64,000 nt of DNA, taken from positions 4,526,001 to 4,590,000 of the forward strand of contig JBHGNT010000002.1 of the NCBI GenBank assembly GCA_043228905.1, read 5' to 3'. Numbering within the stretch: position 1 is the stretch's first letter; each line of letters begins with the position of its first letter. Below are positions 1-10,899 of the stretch, piece after piece. The notes under the pieces are model-generated. The model was not told the DNA's origin, made no database searches, and saw only the letters and a list, made by a program, of their open reading frames with translations. Origin of the DNA: Azolla caroliniana (taxonomy: Eukaryota > Plantae > Polypodiophyta). The translations under genes were made by a program, and so were the position numbers.

Positions 1-3000
1 GGCTATAGACTGCAAAATCATCCAGGAAAACTTGCATGAAGGCAGGGATATATTCGCCGAAGATCTCCATGATGATTCGCTGGAAAGTTGCTGGTGCCGT
101 TTTTAGGCCGAACATCATGACTTCGGCCACAAACACCCCCCATTCGGTGACGAACGCTGTCTTCTCCTGGTCGTCGGGGTGCATCCGGATTTGATTGTAT
201 CCGCTGAAGCCGTCTAAAAAGCTATAAACGTCATGGCCAGCGACGGCATCCAGTACTCCATCCGTGAACGGAAGAGGGAATGCATCCGTAATTGTGGCGG
301 CATTTAGTTTCCTGTAATCTACACACACACGGATTTTACCGTTCTTCTTTGGGACGACGACGATGGGGCTCAGCCACGTCGCTTTCTTTACCGACCGTAT
401 GAAGCCCACTCTTAGGAGTTTGTCGATTTCCTCCTTCACTTTGGCGGCGTAGTTGGGGTTCATTCGGTATCGTCTTTGCGCCACTGGTTTCGCGTCCTTG
501 CCTAAGTGGATCTGATGCTGATATAATTGAGGGTCCAGCCCTCGCATGTCTTCGTATGACCAGGCGAATACGTCGCGAAACTCCGTGAGAAGTTTGATCA
601 TCGCCGCTTTATCTTCCGGCTTCATTTCTTTGGCGATGTGTACCGGCTTTGATTCGTCCTTGCTTCCTAGGTTCACTTCGTCGAGCTGGGATGCTTTTAC
701 CCGTTGGGAAACGGCCATTTCCCGTTCCAACGCTTCCTGTGCTTGCCGTAATTCCCGAATCGCATCTTTGTCTGGTTCGGCTTCGGTGTCGTCCCGCTGC
801 GGCAAGTATGCGGCTACGGCTTCAGCTACGTCTATCTCGAAGAGTGGTACGATCTTCGGATGTTCCTCCAAGTACTGGGCTTCTTCGTCGTCTGCCAATC
901 CTTCAAGCATGTTCACACATTCCGCATACAGCGGTGTGCATTCCTTACCGTTGCTCGTCCGTGGTTGTGTCGGTACCCGGACCTTGGCTTTTCCGCGCCG
1001 GAAGGTAATCATATTTTTTCGCCAATTTTGCTTGATGTGTGCTGTTTTCAACCATGGTCTGCCCAGCAGCAGTGGGTACGCGCCTTGCGCCTGTAGCTGC
1101 AGCACTACAGCCGAGATGTGAAATGTGTGGCCTCCTATGGTGACTTCCAATTTCCGTATTAAGCCCGTCGGCCGTACAGAGCTCGTATCCGCCATCCGTA
1201 GCCAGAACGGACATGGCTCCCATTCATGTATACCCAAGGCATCACACGTGCGAAGGCTTATTACGTTCACTCCGGAACCTCCATCGATTACTGTGCCAGG
1301 AAGTTCGTGCCCTTTGACAATAGCTGTGATCACCGGACTACTAGTGTCCACCACCGTCGGTCCCTCCTCCGGATTCGAGAAGAGGACTGGTGCCGGTTGG
1401 GCTATACCGTCTGTCATGACCGTTTTTAGTCCTTCTGTGAATCGCGGCACGAGCTGCAAGAGTCTTCCTAATGGTAACGTGATCTGACATTCTTGTAGTG
1501 CTTGCCATGTCTCGTTTTCTGGGTGGCTACCGCCGGCACTCCCTATGGTCTTCGCCCTTTGCCGTTCCGCGTCCGCGACGTTCCTTTCATTGGCTTCCTT
1601 CACCCATTCCGTCGCCTGTTTTCGTATGGCCTCTTGTGTTTCCCATTCTTTGGCCATGCCTTTCGACCGTGTGGTTACTTGCTGTAAATCCGCCACTTCC
1701 GGAACCACCATATTAACTGCTGGTCGTTTCTCGTAGCTCTTTACCGGGCACTGGTTACTGTAGTGGCCTTCCTGCCTGCAGTAGTAGCAGTACTCTTTAC
1801 GGGTATTGCTGGATTCAGCATTGCTGGTAGCCGGAGTCGGTCCCGTAGCGAGTGGTGCGTTCTGTGCCGGTTGGCTCCTTGGGGTTCCATGTTCCGGGTC
1901 CCTAGGGTGACCACCTTTCTTGAAATTACGTTTCTTATTATTCTTATGTTTATTTCGGTAGTCCGGTCGTGGTGGATCGTAAAATCGGCCGTAGTCCTCC
2001 TGGTGCCTTCGGTAACCAGGGGAATTGTCTCTGTCGTATTGCTCGTGTCGCCTGTTGGGCTCCCGATAACGGTCCGATCGCTCATACCGGTCGTAGTTAT
2101 CACGCCGATTCCCGTACCGGCCATCATTCTCTTGCCTCTCTCCGTACCGGACATCCTGTGCCGGTCGGTACCGGTTCATTTTTTGCCAACGATCTTCATC
2201 TTCGTCTTGGCTGCTTCTTGGCTCGATCCGTCGGACGGGTGGTGCTTGTCGGTTTAACAGGTTATACTCGCACCGGTCCGTTGTATGACTCTTGGATTGA
2301 CAAATCACACACTGAGTGCGCATGGTGCACTCTACTGCCGAGTGTCCGGCATTCAAGCAGATTGTGCATTGAATTGCCTGCCGGAACCGGAGATCTTCCT
2401 CGGTGGGTAACGCCCGTTGCAGTGTTCCCAGCGTAAGCCATGAGCTTGTCTTTTCCATTTCTCTGACCCGGTCAATGACCTGATCGATGGTGCATCCTCG
2501 AAAGTCGATCACCGTACACACCGTGCGTAACGGTTCCCGGAGTGCGTTTAAAAATATCGTCCGTAATTCCTCCTCCGGGGGTGCACGGGCAAGCTGGCTA
2601 TGCATTCGTTGGAAACGGATGACGAATTGGGGAATGCTTTCCCCTGCCTCCTGTCGGATCGTATAAAACAGGCCCACCATTGTCGTCTGGTCGACCTCCT
2701 TGTGGAAAAAATGCAAGAATTTTGCTTTTAATTCTGCAAATGTTGTGATGGTCGCCGGGTCCTGCGACCGCCGCCATGTGTCGCTGGTCCCTCCAACGTG
2801 ACTCCGAATTCCGCTATTTTCGAGCGTTCTTCTTCCTCCGGTGTCATTCGCTGGGACGTGTGATTTGCTTCCCATGTCTGCTCGAAGTCATCAACATGCG
2901 CTTCCGCGTCCGGATCATCGCGATACTTTGAGTATTGGAACGGCATGTCGTCGTCCAGTATTAGGCCGCGGTTTAGTGGCGTTTGTTGATATCTTTCCGG

Positions 3001-3537
3001 TTCTTTTTCCGGTTCCACTTCCGGTTCTTTTGCCGGTGCTTTTTCCGGTTCTTTTTCCGGCTCTTCTTCCGGTACCTTTGCCGGCTCTTTCGTTGGTGTT
3101 GGTGTCTTGACGGCTTCCGTTTGCGGTTCCGGATAGCCCTGGTTGAGCGGTTCCGGTTCTGGAGTCGGCACGGTATCCGACCCGTCGTCTTCCGGGCCGC
3201 CGGGGGTATCGTTGCTGCTCCGGTAGTTCGTGTGCACGCTGTATCCCCCTTCGGAATCCGATTCGTAGGCTGAAAAGGCTTCTGCCTCGTTTTCTCCGCT
3301 TGCCAGCGCCTCCAGGAGGCGTTCGGTTTCCCGGAGACTACTTAGACTGCTTCCGTCGTCCTGGTCGCGAGTTTGCCGTACCCGGAGAGATTCCTCCGCG
3401 ACTCTCCGGATCTCGTTGGAGAACGAACGATCCGAGCGAATTTCCTGCGCTGCTTGCTGGAAAGTCTCACGCCGTCTTTGCCGTTCGGCGAGGCGTCGAG
3501 CTCGGTCTGTAACCAAGTCGTGCGTTGGTCTAGTCAT
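1..3537 (-). pseudogene. Gypsy gag-pol polyprotein with a frameshift near 2775
   Basis: ORF 3537-2728 shifts at 'GPATH/W' into a second frame. The gag codon at 2680 and the RT codon at 28 are in the same frame, consistent with one ORF running off the window edge, which would explain its absence from the ORF track. Confidence 0.85.
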
Positions 3538-3588
3538 CCATTACCGTCGTTCGCTGCGAGAAAGCAGGAATCGTGGTCGCCAAAACTG

Positions 3589-4007
3589 TGTTATTCTCTA
3601 GCCGGACAAGGCCTAACACAAGGTGTCACGGAGACACTTCACCAAAGGGTGATTACGGCATAGGATTAAGATTCAACGATTACACCGACTTACATAGGTT
3701 ACACGATTAGAATGCTTCGGTTAATTACACGCGTAAGATATAACAGTAATTACAGAACGGAAATCAAGACAGAAGTATAAACAACATAAGCTCTATTAAT
3801 TATCCGCTGTCATTACAATGGGGTCCGGGCCTTTAAATAGGTTTCCGGCCCGTAGTACAAAACGGTGCCTCTCGCACCTATTCGGGATCCGTCCGGATCT
3901 GGAACGGCATACCGTTTCCAGTCCGTCCGTCCACACTATGCTCATTTACAACCATATCTAATTAATTCCTTCACTCCGTATTTTGGACTCCTTGCCGGCC
4001 GGTAACA
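3589..4007 (-). repeat. Gypsy 5' LTR (~419 bp)
   Basis: TGTTA...TAACA inverted termini; adjacent PBS-like TGGCGACCACGA on the minus strand at 3582-3571; GC content drops after 4007. The inner boundary could be 3587. Confidence 0.8.
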
Positions 4008-4640
4008 TCACTTTTATGTCAACTTTTTAGTTTCTTTTTTATCTTTAGTTTTCTCGCTCATTATAATATAATCTTGTTACTCTTATGAGTTGCTTGACTA
4101 AAATTAAGCACTAATTAGCCCAAACCCTAATCACTCCTCTTTTGTATGTGTTGATGATCTCTCTTCTTTAATCGATGTGTCTTAGTATTTCCATGTGCAA
4201 CTTTGTGCTTCCATATGTGTATATACTTCTTAATTAGGGTTATCATAGTGAGGTGAAAGTATGGGTTCATGAGGTTAGTAGCTAAAGAGGGATTGACAAC
4301 AATTCTACCTTGGTTCACCACCAATAGGGTATATGAAAGTCTAAATCCCTCAACCAAGTATATTGGCATAGAGGCAAAACTCCACCGATACATAGATGTG
4401 GTTTTTGCATAGCACACTTGGAGACAACACAAAGAGTTTCAAAGGCAATACCAAATAAACCGAAATATTGGTATGACAAAAGCCTTCCCACACTAAGGTG
4501 GACTGTTGAAGAAAGAAAAGTGACACAAATCACTAAATATGTCACCAACCATGGTCATGATGAGTATAAGGACATGTTTGTAATGAAGCACAAGGTCGAT
4601 TCCATTTCGAGGATGTGTGGTTCGTGTATTGAGGTGTGTC

Positions 4641-5020
4641 TGTTGAGAATCAAGCTCAACTTGGTCTAGTGTGTGAACTCACCTTGAGAGTGAAGAGACA
4701 CTCCAACGGTCAAGAGTCACCATTATGTCACCACTTTGTATTCTAGCATTTAGTATGAGTCATAGAATCATATTCTATGACACATAACTTATGAGCTTTC
4801 ACATTCCCCATGCTCCATGAGCCTTGTAGTTAATGAAGAGAGAGGGTGACTACATAAAGCACCCTCCTCCCACCTTGTAGAATGTTGAGTCTTTCTCCTT
4901 TGCTAATATACTTAACCTTGCGTATACTCTGTGTGTCTCTCTCTCTCTATCTCATAGACACATACACACACAGTTCACACCTATTCCGCTTCACAAGAAT
5001 CCATCTCTTGATTCTTTACA
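4641..5020 (+). repeat. Copia 5' LTR (380 bp)
   Basis: Differs from the 3' LTR by 3 substitutions and a 6-bp (TG)n indel in manual comparison. Confidence 0.97.
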
Positions 5021-5179
5021 TGGTATCAGAGCGATTTGGTAGCTCAATCTAGCCCATTCGCCTCATCGTGATCGTGTGTTGTGCTCTACGCCAACGACCA
5101 AGAACCGGTTCATAGCTATCGTAGCTTCGCTACATAGCTCGCATTCGAAGAGAGAAGAAGAAGAAAAAAAATCGATATA

Positions 5180-8100
5180 ATGAATACTCAAATGGGGAGC
5201 GCTCTCCCAACCGAGAAGTTGGATCAAAACAACTTTGCATTTTGGGAGTACAAGATGCACCAATACCTTGTCGGACAAGGCTATTGGAGCTACATCAAAG
5301 GAACGTATGAAGACCGACCCGCCGAAGCGGCTCCCGGATACGCGACATGGGAGCAAGCTGCAAGCCGCGTGATGTATTTTTTGGCGACATGTGTTCACGA
5401 TCACATGCTCGGTTACATTCGAGAAGCCAAGACGCCGAAGGAAGCGTGGGAAAATCTACGAAAGATTTTCGCTGCCAACACGACCGCGAGGAAGCTTCAA
5501 CTCCGCCAAGAGTTGAACAACATTCAACAAAGGGACATGTCCATCACGACATACACCTTGAAGATCAAGGAGCTTTGCGACTCGCTCGGCTCAATAAGCA
5601 TAAGTATAGATGATGATGAGATGGTGCAAATATGCCTTGGCGGCCTCGCACCACGGTTCGCCGCAATGCGAACCGCTGTTCTAGCACGGGAGAAATCTCC
5701 CTCCTTCTTCGAGCTCCAATCAATACTATTGGTCGAAAAAAACCACGTGCGTACAATGAGCAATGAGTCGAAAGGCCACATGCTCTACACGCACTCTAAT
5801 GGAGGAAGAGGACGCGGACGAGCGAGAGGCCGATTCAGCCAAGGACAAGGCGGGCGAGGTCCGACCTACGACAACAACTCCCAATTTCGGCCGCAAAACG
5901 GAGGCCAAGCTTCCACTCCGGCCCGAGCCGTCAAAACGCAACCGAATGCGGATATTGCGGAAAGCTCGGTCACCACGAAGGAGAGTGTCGAAAGAAGATG
6001 CGTGAATCGGCTTCCACAAGCCGACAACTCACGAATTACGCGCACAATTCTGACTACGAAGAGTATAGCGGAATGTACGGGCACAACTCCGACTACGAGG
6101 ATCGTGGCGGAATGTACGCATACAACTCCGACCGTGGCAGAATGTTCATGATGAAACATAGAGCAAAGTCTATGTCGGCCTCTACCTCAACTAGTGCCCT
6201 CAATCCGGAGGACATATGGTTTGTTGACTCCGGAGCCTCAAACCATATGACATCCCACAAAGAATGGTTTCTCGAACTTCGAGAGCCGGAGCGACCCGGT
6301 TATGTCGAAACCAGAGATGATACTACGCACCCGATTCGGCACATCGGCAATGTTCCGTTCGGCGAAAGAGGTAAACAAACATACATTAAAAATGTCTTGC
6401 ATGTACCCACCATCACAAAGAATTTGGTCTCGGTCGGCCAAATGGTTGAGCAAGGGATGCAAGTACGATTCGACCAAGAAGGGTGCTTCATCGAAAAAGA
6501 AGGCCGAATCATCGCACGCGGAAGAAGAGAAGGCCGGATGTTCATTCTCGATTCGCATGAAATGAAATCCGCCATGTTCACGAAAAACACGAAAGCCGAC
6601 TCCGACATAGAGCTATGGCATAAGCGAATCGGCCACATCAATCTCAACAAACTCAAAGCAATGAGATCGAAAGGAGTCGTTATCGGACTCCCGGCATTCA
6701 AAGAGAAGGAGATTGAAGGTGTATGCGAAGCGTGCCAATTCGGCAAGCAACACCAACACCCATTCCCGAAGGAGCGGAATGTGAGCAAAGGCGTACTCAA
6801 CGTAATTCATTCCGATGTATGGGGTCCGGCCCAAACGGTGACATTCGGCGGATGCCGATATTACGTGCTCTTCATCGACGACTTTTCTAGGCACACTTGG
6901 ATCTATCCGATGCGGCAAAAGAGCGAAGTGTTCGGACACTTCCAAAATTTCAAGAATGAAATCGAGAAAGCCATGGGCTGACATGTACGATGCCTTCGAT
7001 CGGATGGCGGCAAGGAGTACTTCTCGGACAATTTCACGACGTATCTCCGAAAGGAAGGAATTCGGCGAGAATTCACTTGCCGACACACTCCGCAACAAAA
7101 CAGAGTAGCCGAGCGCAAAAATCGGCACATCCTCGAAGTAGCGCAGGCCATGATGAACGAGAAGCATATGCCCAAGTCATATTGGGCCGAAGCGGCAAAT
7201 ACGGCCGTCTACCTAATGAACCGGTGCACAACATCTGGCGTGCACGAGGTCACTCCGCACGAAAGATTCTTCGGAAAGAAGTCGAACCTATCACATGTTC
7301 GGATATTCGGCTCCATTGCATACGTGCACATCCTCGACGAGAAGCGTCAAAAGCTCGACCCAAAGTCGGAGAAATGTATCCTCGTAGGATACTCACTAGA
7401 GCAAAAGGGGTACAAGTGCTACAACCCCTCAACTCGAAAATCTCGGGTAAGTCGAGACGTCGTCTTTGACGAGTCCGCATCCTGGTACGCACCAGAGACA
7501 ACTTCGCCTCCGACTCCGCTCGACCCGGAATCCACCGAACAAGAGATAGAGGATGAAGATCATCTTACGCGCATGTTCGAAGAAACTCCGATCACGACCC
7601 GACTGAGCGGACCACAAGAGCCTTTGAACGATCAAAGCACATCACGGCCTAGCCCGAAGATGGACAAAGGCAAGGCGAAAATGGCGGAATACGAAGACGA
7701 TCGCTTCACTGACAATGAGTCAACTCACTCACTCGACAGTGAGTTCGGCGGTTTCGAGGTACCAATCGGAGCAAAGAAAGCCCTCATCTCTGCAAATGAA
7801 AAGCTCCGCCGATCCACTCGTGAAAAGAACCCCGTAAGCCGATTTGGCTACAACGATTATATGGCGTACCATTACGCCTTTATGGTGAAGGTAGCAACAG
7901 TACGGGAGCCGGAAACCTTTTCCGAAGCCGCGAAGGACCCGCGATGGATCGAAGCAATGACCGAGGAGATGCAGGCACTACGGAAGAACGAGACATGGGA
8001 TCTCGTTCCCACCTCACCGCACAAAAAGGCGATCGGATGCAGATGGATCTACAAAGTGAAGTACAACGCGGACGATTCCGTCAACCACTACAAAGCTCGA

Positions 8101-9459
8101 CTCGTAGCGAAAGGATACGCTCAGACACATGGCGTCGACTACGAAGAAACCTTTGCCCCGGTGGCAAAGATGACGACGGTGCGGACCGTAATTGCGATTG
8201 CCGCGGCGAAAGGGTGGCACCTCCATCAGATGGACGTCAAGAACGCCTTTCTACACGGCGAATTAGAAGAGAAGGTGTACATGATCCAACCACCCGGCTT
8301 CAACTCAAGCACCCATCCGAAAGTTGTATGCCGACTCAAGAAGCCACTCTACGGCCTCAAGCAAGCACCGCGTGCTTGGCATTCGAAGATAACGCAATAT
8401 CTTCATCAAATCGGCTTCCGTATGTCAAAACCAAACAACTCCCTCTACATACGAAGCGATTCCGCAAGTCCAATCATCATCATTTTATATGTGGATGACC
8501 TAGTCATTGGAGGTGAGCATCTTGTCGAAATCAATAAAGTGAAATCCCTCCTTTCCGACAAGTTCGAGATGACGGACATGAAGGAGCTCCACTACTTCCT
8601 CGGCATTGAGGTAATTCGGACTCCGGTCGGAATCATGATCTCTCAACGGCACTACATCCTCAACTTGTTATACAAGTTCGGGATGGCTGAGTGCAAATCC
8701 ATGGCAACCCCGCTCGATCGTAATCTCAAACTAGATGCGAACTCCGTCACCAAAGCGTGTGAGCCAACTCAGTATTGGCAACTCATCGGGAGTCTCATCT
8801 ACCTCACGATCACACGACCTGATCTCAGTTATCCGGTCGGTCTCCTTAGCCAATTCATGCAAACACCGCGTGATACTCACTTGGATTGCGCTAAGCGAGT
8901 TCTACGATACATGAGCGGCACAATGGATTACGACATCCTCTGCAAGACCGTGATGCCAATACGACTCGAGGGGTACACAGACGCCGATTGGGCCGGCTAC
9001 AAAGCTGATAGAAGATCAACCTCCGGATTTGTTTTCTCCCTCGGCAACGGAGCAATATCCTGGAGTAGCAAGAAGCAGCCCACCGTCGCTCTTTCGAGTA
9101 CGGAGGCAGAATACAGGGGCGCAGCCGTAGCTGCGTGTGAAGCTATATGGCTCAAGAAGATTTTGAAGGATCTGGGCGTACCCATCAAGGATCCGACTTC
9201 CCTTTACTGCGACAACATGAGCAGTATTTATCTGGCTCAGAACTCGGTGTTCCACGCGCGGACAAAGCACATCGAAGTGCACTATCACTTAATCCGAGAG
9301 CGCGTTCTAGCTAGCGATGTTGACCTACAACACATTAGCACCAATCTTCAAACGGCTGACATTTTCACCAAAGCCTTAGGAGCCGACAAGCTATGGCAAT
9401 TCATGACCGATCTCGGATTGACGATCCCTGACCTGCCAAGCTTGAGGGGGAGTACTTAA
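5180..9459 (+). pseudogene. Copia gag-pol, disrupted
   Basis: Gag (UBN2-like) from 5180; CCHC 'CGYCGKLGHHEGEC' lies in a shifted frame after ~5905; protease 'WFVDSGASNHMT'; GAG-pre-integrase 'WHKRIGH...CEAC'; integrase 'HSDVWGP', in-frame TGA at 6979-6981, then 'LRSDGGKEY'; RT 'YKARLVAKG...LYVDD'; RNase H 'YTDADWAG...YCDN'. Confidence 0.95.
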
Positions 9460-9685
9460 GACACTACACAATAACGCGTAGATTCCGCAACCACGCAACA
9501 AAGTCGCGAAGAAAGACGCAAGCCAAAGCACAGACTTCGTAACTACACACAACGCAAGCTGGAGCATGGATTCCGCAACTCCGCATACATGCGAGTCGAC
9601 ACGAGTTGACGCGGACTCCAGAACGCAAGTTGAAGCGGATTTCGGATACAGTCTGAAATCGACCCGACTTGAGCTTGAGGGGGCG

Positions 9686-10071
9686 TGTTGAGAATCAAGC
9701 TCAACTTGGTCTAGTGTGTGAACTCACCTTGAGAGTGAAGAGACACTCCAACGGTCAAGAGTCACCATTATGTCACCACTTTGTATTCTAGCATCTAGTA
9801 TGAGTCATAGAATCATATTCTATGACACATAACTTATGAGCTTTCACATTCCCCATGCTCCATGAGCCTTGTAGTTAATGAAGAGAGAGGGTGACTACAT
9901 AAAGCACCCTCCTCCCACCTTGTAGAATGTTGAGTCTTTCTCCTTTGCTAATATACTTAAACTTGCGTATACTCTGTGTGTGTGTGTCTCTCTCTCTCTA
10001 TCTCATACACACATACACACACAGTTCACACCTATTCCGCTTCACAAGAATCCATCTCTTGATTCTTTACA
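9686..10071 (+). repeat. Copia 3' LTR (386 bp)
   Basis: Direct repeat of 4641-5020, preceded by a PPT and followed by the TSD. Confidence 0.97.
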
Positions 10072-10216
10072 GTGTCCAATCACATGACGACTCATGATAA
10101 ATGGTTAAGTGACCTGGCTATGTAGAGACAAGTGAAGACACCACATCTTATGCGACAAAGGTAGGGCATAAAAAATGCATGAAGAATGTATTGCTTGTTC
10201 TCACAACCATGAAAAA

Positions 10217-10332
10217 TGCTTTTAAGCTCTTCAGTGTCTAATTGACACTTGTATATTTTTCTTTATTCTTTGTGGGTTTTCACCTCACTTTGAGGTTTCC
10301 CACTAGTAATAAAAGTGTTACTAAAAAAAAAA
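10217..10332 (+). mobile_element. Short poly(A)-tailed retro-fragment (LINE/SINE 3' end); inverted copy at 38943-39054
   Basis: ~115-bp near-identical reverse-complement match to 38943-39054; ends in an A tract. Confidence 0.75.
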
Positions 10333-10899
10333 TGATAGTGCTAAGTTTGAGCACGAAACACTTGTTCCCTTACCAATGGTATATTGCAACTAAAGTTGTT
10401 GCAGTATTATAGTTAAATCAAGCCAATGATGAGAATGTTAAAGTCATTGAAGATCCGATTGAAGCCACATGGCTTCACACGTGATGATGATTGCGCCCCT
10501 ATAGTTTGCTTATGTTCTTGATAGAGACACAGCATGTTGCTTTTTGCTAATCCATGCATTGCTCCCCCAGTAAGAATGTGAATCTTGAAATTATCTTCAA
10601 TCTATGGGACTAGTGTTTGGGTCGTGCATACGTGTAGCCTTAGATTTGAATGAAGACTCCCACTTCATTGAATCTTGAAATTATGGTTAGGTCAGGTTGT
10701 GCTTCAAGGCTTGTAATCCTTCATACCGAATTCGATTAACACATTCAAAATGCAATATTGTTGCAATATCAAGATACCACGAGTGGTGAGAATGATTTTT
10801 ATACCAACAAAGTAGAGAAGTGTGTGCATATTCATACATTTTGAAAGTCGTGGTGGTTAGAGACTTCACTTTCTTGATTGTAGGTAATTACTGTTCTCC

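Larger units (their letters stand above)
1..4007 (-). mobile_element. Ty3/Gypsy LTR retrotransposon (non-chromovirus, Athila/Tat-like RT); 5' half only, runs off the window start
   Basis: Minus strand reads: LTR, PBS, gag (retrotransposon-gag-like 'TFAELKAKFLHFF...QFVIRFQ', CCHC knuckles), protease 'VIDGGSGVNVI' (~1290-1260), then RT 'FLDGFSGYNQIRMHPDDQEKTAF...MMFGLKTAPATFQR...FLDDFAVY' (~220-1). PR-RT order is Gypsy-type. Confidence 0.95.
4641..10071 (+). mobile_element. Full-length young Ty1/Copia LTR retrotransposon
   Basis: LTRs 4641-5020 and 9686-10071 (TG...CA); 5-bp TSD GTGTC (4636-4640 and 10072-10076); PBS TGGTATCAGAGC (tRNA-iMet type) 5021-5032; PPT ~9672-9685; domain order gag-PR-INT-RT-RH. 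Confidence 0.98.
4400..10200 (+). mobile_element. Old degenerate Copia relic (knuckle/protease region) split by the young Copia insertion
   Basis: Joining the flanks at 4640/10077 gives 'MFVMKHK...EDVWFVY*GVSNHMTTHDKW', matching the young element's 'MFMMKHR...EDIWFVDSGASNHMTSHKEW'. Confidence 0.75.

Noticed and set aside
546-3663. Numerous plus-strand ORFs of 60-190 aa
   Set aside because: Antisense shadows of the GC-rich Gypsy gag-pol, with no recognisable motifs.
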